Shown: positions 26,580 to 39,240 of the stretch, piece after piece
Numbering within the stretch: the stretch's first letter is position 1
Layout: every line of letters begins with the position of its first letter
NCBI RefSeq assembly: GCF_037042905.1
Contig: NC_087246.1
Span: forward strand, 7,566,001 to 7,630,000
Origin: Lytechinus pictus
Lineage: Eukaryota
Length of the DNA stretch: 64,000 bases
Reading direction: 5' to 3'
Program-made: the position numbers and the translations under genes
Notes under the pieces: generated by a model
The model's database searches: none
Told to the model about the DNA's origin: nothing
The model's input: only the letters and a program-made list of their open reading frames with translations

Positions 26580-27414
26580 TTGATGATGGAGGGAGATGGG
26601 AAGAGGTGATGTCATTTGATGTTATTTGAATTGTGTCCTTTGATCTATTAATATGTTAGTTTAGTATTCAACTTGTTATGATACATTGGTGTCTAGATTT
26701 ATCAGAGTCTTACACCAACGGAAATCTAACCCTTTTTATTTAATAGTGAGCTAGTTACGAATCATCATGATTTTGTTATACAAATTATATTGTAAAAGAG
26801 GAGAGAAAAGTAACAGGCAGTCACGCCAGTAGTTGTATTAGTATGATGATTCGATGTTGCCACCGCAAATTGTAAGCGCGCCATCTAGTGTGGGCCTCTT
26901 GGCCATGGTCATTAAAAGACAGTCACACGTAACCTCAAAGTTGTCTAGTTTATTTACTTAAGTCTTATCTTATTAACCCTTGGCGCACGATATCTGCACA
27001 AGACTCAGAACGTTTGTTTTGTCTCGAACCTAACCATTTGTTGTACTAACTTTGAATTTCGAAAATCGGATGAAGGAGATCTTCGTCAACAGACATGACA
27101 CAGCCTTGACTGTTATTGGGGGGGGGGGGCTAAGGCTACGCATGCGCATTATGCAGTAGCTGAGAAACCTGATCAATGTACCGATCCGGGCTTGGCCAGA
27201 AAATACATCTGAAGAGGTTAAGTGATTTGTGATGACAGTCTGTTGTGATTCTCCAAAATTGCGCGAATAATGCAGCGCTCTACCTTCCTTTTACTGAATT
27301 GATTCAAGTACAAAAAAGTTATAAATATAATTACCGCAAATTATGCTGGCGCAAATATTCACTACTGAATGACACGCGCCGTATAAGCTAAACAACAACA
27401 ACAACAACAATTTT

Positions 27415-27740
27415 TGAAACAACTGGGTCTGGAAAAAAGACTATGCACTTATACTATAATTTTTTTAATTAACCGGGTCTGGAAAAAAGACTTTGGACTT
27501 ATATTATAATTTTTGAAACAACCGGGTCTGAAAAAAGACTTTGGACTTGCATTATAATTTTTTAATTAACCGGGTCTGGAAAAAAGACTTTGGACGTATA
27601 TTATAATTTTGGAAACAACCGGGTCTGGAAAAAAGACTTTGGACGTATATTATAATCTTGAAACAGCCGGGTCTGGAAAAAAGACTTTGGACTTGCATTA
27701 TAATTTTTGAATTAACCGGGTCTGGAAAAAAGACTGCACT
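27415..27740. repeat. ~57-bp minisatellite, about 6 units
   Basis: Units of AACCGGGTCTGGAAAAAAGACTTTGGAC..TATTATAATTTT. Confidence 0.92.
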
Positions 27741-27808
27741 TTTGTGCTATATGAACGCATTACTATAGGATTTTAGTTTAGAACAGATTCGCCAAAAATC
27801 CCTTCAAA

Positions 27809-28075
27809 TTTATTACATTTGTGGGTAAAGTCATTATTACATTTGCGGGCGATCAAAAATTATTACATTTGTGGGTAAAGTGCATTATTACATTTGTGGG
27901 TGAAATTATTACATTTGTGGGTAAAGTGCATTATTACATTTGTGGGTGAAATTATTACATTTGTGTGTGAAGTGTTATTACATTTGTGGGCGTTATTACA
28001 TTTGTGGGTAAAGTGTTATTACATTTGTGGGCGTAATTATATTTGTGGGCGATTATTACATTTGTGGGTGTAACA
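27809..28075. repeat. ATTATTACATTTGTGGG tandem array ending in TGTAACA (probable TIR arm of a TGT..ACA element)
   Basis: About 12 units of 17-26 bp; no opposite arm seen in the window. Confidence 0.8.
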
Positions 28076-28616
28076 GGGGTTACTTCCCGAAAATGATAAA
28101 TTTGTTGATCGAAGATCGTTGATCGAAGATCTATAAGATATTATATGAAAGAAAAACATTCTAACCAAAAGGTAAAACGTTTTAACATGTTTTTCTGTAC
28201 TTTGAATTCTCATTGTACCAAGCAAGATTTTGTAATAAATTCAGCATTTTTGTAGATTAGTTACAATTCCAATAATCTCATGGATTTATCTATTTTCTTG
28301 GGTTTTTTACCAGTAAAGTAAAGACAGAGAGAGAAAGAGGAATTATGATAAAAAAGTGATGAGAAAAAAAACTAATTTGAAATGACTGAAAGAGAGACAG
28401 GCAAAGAAAGAAGAACCCCCTCGCACGACCGTACCAGAGTTTCGGGGTTACGACTGTCCCGTCGGTGGATTCAGGTCCATCAACATTTTGAAGTTTGATC
28501 TTTCCAGGGGACAAACGCCTTTAACCTACCTACATAGGGAAAAAAGACCCTTCCTCCTCCTTGTGACCCTCAGTCTGTCGATTGATACTTGCCTGTAAGG
28601 AGAGAGAGCCTTCAAA

Positions 28617-28685
28617 CGGGATCAGGACAACTACCCCCGGACAATAACCCCCGGACAACTACCCCCCGGACAATTACCCCCGCAC
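28617..28685. repeat. Short 15-bp array (GGACAACTACCCCC)
   Basis: Four units after CGGGATCA; resembles a foldback TIR start. Confidence 0.75.
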
Positions 28686-29624
28686 AAGTATCGTCCGTAA
28701 TGGGGCATAACAATGATTTTTGAGAAAGGCATTAACATGTTTACCACATACGTATCCAAACAATCAATTACATTATATATTCGTTTCTTTCATCATGTTA
28801 ATGTTATTCTGATGAAACCCCGTCATTTGACCATTATGAGCTACAAGTTCCCTAACTTATTGTTCTGTAAATGTGAATGCGGTGATGTAATGATTATGAG
28901 TATGATATAATTGTTGTCATCATCTATATAATGGAATATGTATGCCTAATTATAAGAATTATATTTGATTAGAGTAATGAGCGACTATCTCGTCAACGAT
29001 ATCCTTCACGGTGCAGGTTTTGCCCCGCGAGCCCTACCCCGGCTCTATCCCTCTGGATCCGGCTTAATATAAACACTCGCGTCGCATTTGAAATCACTCG
29101 GGTTTTGGATTTTTGGCGATTTTTTTTTATTTCGTTTTTTTCTAACGGTGTCTTCAATGGGACAAACACGCTGGGAAAATATAATGAAATTGAAATGCGA
29201 GCCTCGTTTTAGGCCGGCAAGTGCCTTAAATAAGATGTACTCGACTACTGTCTTAACACAACAAACGAGCAAATTAGCCATGTGGCTCAACTAACTTAGA
29301 ATAGATCCGGACTTCTATTGTGTCCGGCTCCGAGTCGGAACTTGCCAAATCTGCCACATCGATATGCGGATACGCATGCGGATACGCCTGCACGCAATGG
29401 CCCCATTGATCCAACGTACGTTATACAGTGCCAGTCAGTCCGCAGCCCGTCCGAAAGTATATTATTCAGCGGTATGCATAGCCATCCGTGGTGTAATGCG
29501 TATACGTAATGAGCTGTGAATACGATCTTTCCGATCGGCGTTTTAACAATGTTGCTCTTAGAATTGTCCATTTCTCATAAAATTGGTTTTATTTTCTAGA
29601 TAAAAGGGCCATATCGTGTCTTAA

Positions 29625-30195
29625 AGATCCAGACCGGACCCGAAAATGAAATTGATAAATTATATACCAATCGAAAGCTTATAAGCTACTAAATACAGCA
29701 AGGTATGCTTCATGCATTTTCACCGCTTCTCAGCTGAGTATTTTAGATTTCAATTCTATCTGCATTTAGATTATGTATAACAATTTTTCCTGACATAGCA
29801 ATTTAGGCCCAATAAGAGCCAAACAAAGAAATCACAAAAAGGGTAGTGAATTGTTGTAGGTTTACAACAATTTGAACAGTGAATAATTTTGAGTGCCATT
29901 TTCATCTGAAAACGAAAAAAAAATGGATTTATAACATGGAAATGGAAGAAAATACCCAATGCTTTTGTACACAAACCTATGGAATCACAACCCTCCTGAC
30001 ACAACGTGACGTCATCATTTCCAGGCGACGTGGGGTGCTCAATCGAAGCGTACTTTGAAGGAGCAGTTTCTTTGATTTTTATTTAATATTTTTAACTATT
30101 GGAAGGAGATATATGTAATATGTTTGGTATATTTGTATTGTATGAATCATTACCTTTATTTTGATATATGATTGTTTTTTCACCGGTCAGGGTCT
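29625..30195. mobile_element. Kolobok-like MITE
   Basis: TTAA flanks and TIR AGATCCAGACCGG / CCGGTCAGGGTCT. Confidence 0.72.
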
Positions 30196-30525
30196 TTAAG
30201 TAACCGGAGACCTAAACAATTCCTCTCCTGAAATTCTTTCTCTCTCTTTCTCTGCCTCTCCTACCTTCCGAAATTAAAACAGTCCCTTGGACACAGTTTA
30301 GACGCAGGACAAATAATACTATGACAACCAAACTACATTCTTATCAGCATCAGTCAGCGTAAAATGTGAATGGGCCTTTAAATTAATACTAAAATTTATC
30401 TAAAATTGAACTTAAAATCGATTTTGATTTTTTTTAAATCGATTTCATAATCAACTTGATATTCATAATCAACTGAATTATTCCATCAACCCCTCTTTCC
30501 CTTCAAAACCTCTCTACCACTTTCA

Positions 30526-30687
30526 GACAGTTGGCAAGCCTCGATATCGCATTGTCAATCCTTATTATTTAGTCCTCCTTTACGGCTCCGTCTATGGGAT
30601 TTTAATGGGTTTTTTTATACAGGGAGAGCCCTAAAGGAGGAGTAACTGTAAGGATTGATAAGGCGATATCGTGGCTAGCCAACTGTC
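30526..30687. mobile_element. Small hairpin MITE
   Basis: GACAGTTGGCAAGCCTCGATATCGC / GCGATATCGTGGCTAGCCAACTGTC, plus an inner TCCTCCTTTA / TAAAGGAGGA pair. Confidence 0.7.
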
Positions 30688-31215
30688 ATAAATATATTTG
30701 AGCTTTTAAAATCGATTTAAAATATGATTTTTAAATCGATTTTAAAATTATAACTGTCTAAAAGCGGCAGAGTGGTTTTTTAAGGGGAGGGTAAAGACTG
30801 TAATGTTGTAAATCGGATCGGCAATTAAGCTTCTAAAATCGAAATCGAATAGAAATTCGAATCGGCGATGTTTAAAAACAAAGGAGTAGATCAAAATTGT
30901 GTTCGCAGTCGCGCGCATATTCCTGACAAAGTCATAAAGACGAATGCATCGGAATGGAAGTCGCCAACATGCGCGATCGTTTGGAACATGTTTTATAGGG
31001 GTTTTGAGGTGTTTTGAAATAAACAAACTGATTTTTAGTAGAAAGATAAACAAAATACGCATCTTCCGAGCAAAGTCGCAAAGGAAAATAAAATGAAAAT
31101 AATTCTCATAGTTCACAGGTTAATGAAAGATCGGCGAGACATCTTTTATAAGCATTTTTAGGTGCTAGCGATTTTAAATTATTGGAATGATCACTTAATC
31201 TCATACGACGCATTT

Positions 31216-31390
31216 CCCGTCGTTGTGGCGTTCGCCTGTGGGGAAGTTACAAATTGATGCAGAGGTGAGAGGTTCAAGCCCTGGTCACGTCTTTCGGATG
31301 GTGACGTTAAAGGTCGGTCCCTGACGTAAATAATCATATCTGATTGATACACTTCTGACAAAACTCAAATATACACACACACCGTGAGGC
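31216..31390 (+). mobile_element. SINE with a 7SL-like head (copy a, internal deletion in the head)
   Basis: CCGTCGTTGTGGCGTTCGCCTGT head, B-box-like GGTTCAAGCCC, core GTCTTTCGGATGGTGACGTTAAAGGTCGGTCCC, and an (AC)n tail. Confidence 0.7.
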
Positions 31391-31680
31391 CAGTACATCT
31401 AGTCTTATACGCGGCGAAATCCGCAGCAAGCATTTCTCCGATCGACACCGCCATAGTATACGATGGGAACACACTCTGGTCGATATCTCACCACCTCCTT
31501 CTGATAGCTCTATCGTCAAATCGGCCGTTGATGAATCTCGTTGAAGCCTAACTAAATCAAAATCACCAAAAGAACCAGCAACGTCTCCAGACTTAGCTCA
31601 GTTGGTGGCAGATAAAGGGGGCCAGGACGCATCTGTATCTGATCTTCGTCTTCTATCAAGTGTCTGTTAGTTTTCGTTGG

Positions 31681-34300
31681 TATTGTCACGAAATGGTTTC
31701 ATTTCGTGTGTAGAAAATTATCTTTGGTAGATTTATAATGATTTTGTCTTAGCTGGCGATATTACATGCATGTTTCTACACTAATAATGACGTAGATATC
31801 AACATGAAAATTATGTTTTGAACCGTTTTTGTGTTATAACAATTTCCTGGAGATGACTAACTGGTTAATTTGGTTATCACTAGCTTGATCTAAATAAATG
31901 CTTTAATTTAATATGTCATTGAAGTATATCCGATTTCGGAGAGCAAAGTTAAAACTGTTCTAAGATTGTAACAGAGGTTAACTGTAACAGATATTGTATA
32001 ATTAATGGAAAAATACAGGTAGTTGGTAACGAGGGTCGTTGCCGATAATCTGTTGAAATACGGCGCCAACGGGGTGCATTGCACGTTGAGTATGCAGATT
32101 GATTTGGATTCTCTATCCTATAAATAACGTTGGTGGATGCGATCGAAATGATTTATATGATCGTTCGCATGTCTCCCACGCGGAAACCTAGGATGAATTT
32201 CTAATCCTAGGCGACCACTGTGGTTAGATTTCCTTGTATGTTGGGTCTTTTGCACGCCAGCAAGAGACTATACCAGGGCTTGCTCTTTAGGTAGTCTGGT
32301 TGGTCTGGAAGCGGACTGTTCGGAGTCTGGAGCAGACGGCTGGTGGTCCGGAGCAGACAACGGTGGAAACTTCAAGTAGGGCAGAGCCAAGGGGTATGGT
32401 CGTAAGAGCCTGACTGCAGAAGGTCCCATACATATGGTCGAAGAACCAGACGTAGTTTTCGGTACTGAACAGATGTCAGTGGTTGCAGTACGGACTCAGA
32501 CGTGGTCGTGGTACTGAACAGACGTAGTAATTGGTCGTAAGCAGACGACGGAGGAAATTACCAGAGTCCATGGGTGTGGTCGTGGGAGCTTGACTACGGA
32601 GAAACCCATACATATGGTCGAGATAGCATAATTACATGAACTATTTTAACTCAAGATGTACCTATTTGATTTTTTTACAAAAATGTAAATTATCGGCATA
32701 TACACCTTTATTTTAACCATGTACTTTTGATTCCCCAGATTCCATAGAAGCAGCTTTTGACTCATGAAGTTTGTGTGTATTAGCCCTATACCTGTCTCTG
32801 CGCTCAGATTACTGCTTTTTCAAAACATACTCTGCTTATGGAAGATGTCACTTTGAAAATTGTAATGGCCTACATAGTGTCTTAGATTATTTTTTATGAA
32901 AGAAATTTTTGCGGCCTGCTTTCTAGACATCTCAAAATATTTTGGTTGTGTAGATCATGGACTTATTATACTCAAACTCGAATGATATGGAATTATCAAA
33001 TTATGCTCACTTGGTTAAAAAATATTTTTAATTAATAAAAAAGCAAGCTGTGATTTCCAAAGGAAAATTTTCGGATATTAAAAATGCTTTTTATTGGAGA
33101 AGCACATAGCAGAGTTCTGGCCCCCATCATGTTCTTAACATTTAATAAATATAATATCTGAATGGTGCTTGCAGCATATTTTCTAATTATGTAGCAGTAT
33201 TTGCCTCTGACAGTAAATTGGGAGATGCAACAAAGGAATAACAGATAGATGTCATCGCCTAAAGAGACTTATATAACTGATATCAATTACGCATTAACAC
33301 AAGCAAAACCCCCAAAAATATTGATTAAATCAAGATACATTGAATATATTCATAAATAATGACTTGATTGAACAGGTTAATTCTATAAGGTATTTAGGCA
33401 TTGTAATAGACGAAAACCTGAAGTGGAATGTATATTTAAGAGAATAAATGTAAATCAATTGCCTATAAGGTCTACTCTTTAGGAAATTTGAGTAAATTCT
33501 TGAGTTCACAAGTACTAAGTATCCTATATAAATGTATAGACTATGCGATCTCTGTTTGGGGCAACTATCCAGCAGCCTACAAGTTGCCCCTAAGTAGATT
33601 GCAAAAAACAGCTGCTAGATATGTATCTGAATTTTTTTATTATCAAATTGCGAGCGAGAATACATTGGAATGGCAAACTCTCCTCACAATCTATTGACCA
33701 ACGTCGGGATTATTTTCTGGCTATTCTCACACAAGTTCATAAAATGAAATTGAAATGTATTTCGATCATCATGGCATGAATACTAGGAATGCAAATTCAC
33801 TAAATGTAGTATTACCTAAACTTAACATTATCCCAATTCCGACAATCCTTTAAATATGCCGGAGTAGTAACTTTGAATAAACTCCCTGTTGATATCCAGA
33901 AAGCCATTTCAGTTTAAAGTTTCAAATATTAAAATAAGAAATCTCGCAAAGATCAATAACAATTTCTAACTTTTCTATTTTCGTTCGTATATACTTATAG
34001 TATTGTTATTATAAGCATGATTACCTCAGAATACACATCTACTTATTATCAATTATTATGATTTCCCTTATTAGTATTAATATTGATACAATATTATTCT
34101 TTGAATTGAGGCCTATTCATGCTTTAACATGATTTAACATCGATGTATAAAACCTATTTCTTTTTCCTTCACTTTTTTATCGGACAATAAGTTAAATCTT
34201 AATTTTTGTTTCACCTGCGTAGCAGAGTGAGACTAGAGGCGCCTAGTTCATGAACATACTGCATGAGTTTCAGGTCACTTGACTAAGGTAAAAAGTCATT
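31681..34300 (+). repeat. Segmental duplication 2, copy A (paralog of 54852-64000)
   Basis: Block matches: 31681-32281 to 54852-55630; 32287-33140 to 61081-61950; 34097 onward to 63678 onward. Confidence 0.92.
32860..33950 (+). pseudogene. CR1/L2-type RT relic
   Basis: Broken frames give FLDISK.FGCVDH, GPIMFL, YLGIVIDENLKW, DYAISVWG and NKLPVDI. Confidence 0.8.
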
Positions 34301-35640
34301 TAGAGTCAATGAACTTAGACCATGTTGGGGAATCAGCATCAAAATCTTAACCTAAGGTTAAGTTTATGAAATGTCATCATAACTTAGAAAATATATGAAC
34401 CTAGTTCATTAAACTTGTACATAGGGTTAATCAAGTATTATTGGATATCCTGCTTGAGTTTCACGTCACATGACCAAGGTCAAAGGTTATTTAGGTTCAA
34501 TGAACTTTGGACAAATTGGCGGTACCTGTTGAATTACCATCATAATTTAAAAGGTTTATGGATCTGATTCATGAAACCTTGGACATAATAGTAATCAAGT
34601 TTCACTTTTAGTATTAATTATTTGAACTTTTTTGCTGTATATAATTATTCCTAATTATTTGGAATCTTTCATTTTTATGTGTATATTCTCTCTTTATGCA
34701 GGACCATTATGTGAAACAGCCTGTGATCTGATTATTGTTCATCATGTTGAAAGATGTTTTAATGAAATAAATGAAGTTACAAGTAATATTATTAAAGGAT
34801 ATTTTAAAATCAACCAGTAAATAAATTAAAGCTTCCGCTCACTGAACATCCTGTACAAGTCTCAGGTCACATGATTAAGGTCAAAGGTCATTTAGGGTCA
34901 ATGAAATTTTGAAATATTGGGGGTATTTGTTGAATTACCATCATAACTTTGAAAGTTTATTGGTCTAGTTCATAAAACTTGGAGTAATCAAGTATCACTG
35001 AACATCCTGTGCGAATTTCAGGTCACATGACTAACATCAAACGTCAACAAACTCTGGCCATAATTGGGTATCTGTTGAATTACCATCATAACTTTGAAAG
35101 TTTATGGATCTGATTCATGAAACTTGGCCATCAGAGTAATCAAGTATATATGAACATCCAGTTTGAGTTTCAGGTCACACAACCAGGGTCAAAGGTATTT
35201 AAGGTCAATGAACCTTGGCCATATTTGTTGAATTAACATCATATCTCTGTAAGTGTATCGGTCTAGTTCATAAAAAGTGGACATAAGAGTAACCAAGTAT
35301 CACTGAACATCTTGTGCGAGTTTCAGTTCACATGACTAAAATCAAAGGTAATTTAAGGTCATTGAACTTTGGCCATTTTAGAGGTAATTATTAGATTGCT
35401 GTCATAACTTTCAAAGTTTAAAGATAAAGTGTATAAAATGTTGATATAGGAGTAATCAACTATCACTGACAATTTTTAGGTCACATGATGAAGGTCAAAT
35501 GTCAATGAACGTAGTATTGTATCATTATGTATGAATGGTGCTTTTTGTGAATAATTATTGTAGAGTAGTTTTCAAAGTCAGCACTGCTGCTATATTGAAT
35601 CGCGTGATGCAGGTGAGACCGCCAGAGTCATTCCACTTGT
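34203..35640 (+). mobile_element. HINE/Helentron-type element
   Basis: Starts TTTTTGTTTCACCTGC, carries the tandem core repeats, and ends ATGCAGGTGAGAC..CCACTTGT. Confidence 0.72.
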
Positions 35641-37182
35641 CCCCCCTGATGTTTCACTTTTAGTATTAATTATTTGAACTTTTTTGCTGTATATAATTAT
35701 TCCTAATTATTTGGAATCTTTCCTTTTTATGTGCATATTCTCTCTTTATGCAGGACCATTATGTGAAACAGCCTGCGAGCTGATTATTATTGTTCATCAT
35801 GTTGAAAGATGTTTTAATGAAATAAATGAAGTTACCAGTAATATTATTGAAGGATATTTTAAAATCAACCAGTAAATAAATTAAAGCTTCCGCTCACAGA
35901 ATTCTAGAAGGGCCTACTCTGATGAGAAGTTAAAACGAAATTGAAACCCCCAAATGCTTAAAACAGAAAATCACTTGCGCTAGACGCTCACAATTATTAT
36001 TTTTCAAAGTGATATTACACATATTTATGGATTCTTTTTCTTCATGAACACATCATTGAAAAAAGTTGGTATTTTATTGCCTTTTTTCATGTGACTATGA
36101 AATAAGATAATTCAACATGCATTTAAGACATTTATGTTCACCTGGCGGGGAGGGAGAAGGCGCCATTTTGTCGAAAAATATACAGGGGCGCCAAAATCAA
36201 GTCAAATTCGGGCCTGCTACTGGGATACCTCTAGAGCATTGGCCAAGATTGCAGTTTCTTTCATCTTTGCAATGTCCTAATAGTCTAGGTGATTGGTGAA
36301 AAAAATGTTCAGAAAATGGTACAAGCATGAAAATTGGCACAAATGTGGAGTAAGTTATTCTAAACATTTTTAGCATAGGGTGCCAACGGGAGTTCACCAA
36401 ACATAGCAACGGTTGCTAGGTAACATATTTACCTTAGTAACTGAGCTTAATTGGGCTTTTGAGTAACATTTTCACAAGCAAAATGTCATACAAATTTTAT
36501 TCTAAAGCATGTTCCTTTGTATCACAACAGTTTTTATCCATTTATTCATAGCAACGGTTGTTAAGTGACCCTCTTCCGTAGCAACAATTTTTTTTATCTT
36601 CCTTCAGATCATTATAATCTATTCAGAATAACTCAAAAATTAAATCTGGCCCATAGATTCATCATGTGATGAATGTTTCCATAGGTAGACATAATGAGCA
36701 CCATAACAACCGTTGCTAAGTAACATTTCAACGGTAACAATTAATATAGGGTATCTTTTTAGGATTATAATTTCTATGAATCACATCTTTTCTATCAAAG
36801 CATTAATGCATTAATCACAACAACCAAAGAACAATGTATACAAGCCCATGCAAAGTTACAGTTGCTAAGTAATATGACTTCTGTAGCAACCAATGGTTAA
36901 AGGCCGTATGGTGAGATTATTAATGTGTAAATCATAGAGGTACTAATAAGATGCTTAAAAAGTAAAACCTTGCACAAATTAAACTACCTCATGATATGGT
37001 TCATAGTTCCAAAGACGATGTCTATGGGTTACATATTATTGGTACAATAATACTTATTGCATGTTAAAAGAACTTCACCTTTAACACCAATCTTTATTCA
37101 TTTGGAAACCATATTATGGATTAACTTTAACATATGTAAAATATCGACCCTTGGAAGAATTCTACAATATCAACATTTAAAC

Positions 37183-37926
37183 CTCCATTCCACAGAGAAC
37201 AAGACCACTGAAAGACCTTTGAAAGACCATGAATTCTGGTTGATCTTTCAGAGGTCTTTGAGGTCTTGAACGTGTCCTGACCAATCTTTCATGGGCTCCA
37301 AAACTTTTTGAAACGGTTCAAAACAGTCTTACAGCGGTCTTACAGGAAAATGGGTTTTCAGTGGTCTTTCAGCGGTATTTTGATGAACTTTCAAAGGTCT
37401 AAATAGTCTTTCAATGATCTTTCGGCAGTCTCTCAAGATTTTTTCGAAAATCACTGTAAGACTCATGAAACATCATTGAAAGACCATTGAAAGACCAGGC
37501 AAAGTCCATGGAAAGAATTCTGAAAGATCACTTGTTGCATAAAAGATCTCTGAAAGACCATTTAAAGATCTCTATAGGACTTGTCTAAGACCAGTAAGAC
37601 AAGAAATGTCCATCAGTCTTTCAAAGTTCTTTGAGGTGTCTTTCTGAGCCATTGCACAGAGATGACAAATTTCAGTGATATTGAAGACCGCTGTAAGACC
37701 TAACCAATTTTAAGTCTTTCAGTGGTCTTTCAATGGTCTTTGTAGAAGAACGGTTACAAGAACTCCCTGGAAGTCATGGGTACTTGATCTTGGAGAGATA
37801 ACCACGAAGAGATGGCCACCAAGAATTGATTGAGTCAACTAAGTTTAGAATTATTGCTGTAAGACCTCAACAATTTTTTAAGTCTTTCAGTTGTCTTTCA
37901 ATGGTCTTCGTTCTGTGGAATGGGGG
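37183..37926. mobile_element. TIR MITE nested in the Academ-like element
   Basis: Ends CCATTCCACAGA / TCTGTGGAATGG, with many internal GAAAGACC/GGTCTTTC motifs. Confidence 0.75.
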
Positions 37927-38259
37927 CCTTAGCAAGAGGTCACTCTTGTAGAAGAACGGTTACAAGAACTCCGCGGAGGTCATGGGTACGTGATCTTGGA
38001 GAGGTAACCACGAAGAGATGACCACCAAGAATTTATTAAGTCAGCTAAGTTTAGAATTATTTCAATCACCGTAATCTTGCCAGAAGATAATTTTCAAATG
38101 AGTGCTTGGATACCACTTTATCCCTTGCTAACAGCAGTCGTTCGCTTAAAAGCCAACACACTGCCTTGGTTTACCCACTCCCTTCCGTAGCCTGCAATGA
38201 AGATCATATTAGTTCTCCATGCCGTTCCCAAACCGAATGCCATGGGCAGGAGTTGATGT

Positions 38260-39240
38260 TGACCAGGTGATTTGACTTAGATCAATCCTGAGCAGCTGCA
38301 GGATCTATAATGACGTGAAAGATCTATTAGAATCGATTGGGACCCTTCAGTTCCGTTTCCTGACCTGTTGGCCTGGATCCTGCAGCTACATTATCATCAT
38401 GACTTCTGCAGAGGTTGATTTGTACATGTTAGTTCCGATTCCAGGTGTTTTGACATGGAACAATCCTGCAGCTCCTAGATCTATTATGACGTGAAAGATC
38501 TTGCTAGAGGTAATTTAGACCAGTCAGTTCCGTTTCTATATAGGCATGCTGGTCTGGATCCTGGAGTCAAATGACTTGATCCTGCTGAAATTGATTTGAA
38601 AGATTTCGCAACAGTTGATTTGGACCAGCCAGTTCTGTTTTCAGGCGTGGTGGCCTGGATCCTGCAGCTCAGGGATCTATCATTACTTGAAAGCTTGTGC
38701 AGAAGCTGATTTGGACCTGTCCGTTATTTTTCTAGGTGTTTTGACCTGGATCAATCCTGCAGCTCCAGGACTTAGCATTACTTGAAAGATCTGTAAAATT
38801 CGATTTATACCATCAGTTCCGTTTTCAGGGGTGTTGGTCTGGATCCTGCAGCTACATGATCCACTGTGACTTCTGTAGAGGTCGATTTGGACCTGTCCGT
38901 TCCTATTCCAAGTTTTTGACCTGGATTAATAATGTAGCTCTGGAATCTATCATGACGTGAAAGATCTTGATTTGGACATGTCAGTTCCGTTTCTAGGCAT
39001 GTTGACCTGGATTCTGCAGCTATACGATTGATCTATCATGGCTTGATCCTGCAGAAGTTGATTTGGACCTGTCCTTTCTGTTTCCAGGTGTTTTGACCTG
39101 GATAAATCCTGCAGCTCCAGGATCCATGACTAGCTTGAAAGCACGAGCAGAAGTTAATTTGACCTGTTATTTCCAATTGCAGGTATTTTGGCTGGGATCT
39201 TGCAACTTCAAGATTGATCATGACTTGATAGATCTTGCAG
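38260..39240. repeat. Degenerate tandem repeat (CTGGATCAATCCTGCAGCT / GATTTGGACC subunits)
   Basis: About 10 recurring subunits of 80-110 bp. Confidence 0.8.

Noticed and set aside
26201..26615. IYIYIY ORFs (also near 51100, 52900, 54700 and 62000)
   Set aside because: They are (TA)n microsatellite translations.
27415..28075. CRISPR-like appearance of regularly spaced repeats (also 21460-23270)
   Set aside because: The intervening sequences resemble each other, there are no cas genes, and the context is eukaryotic.
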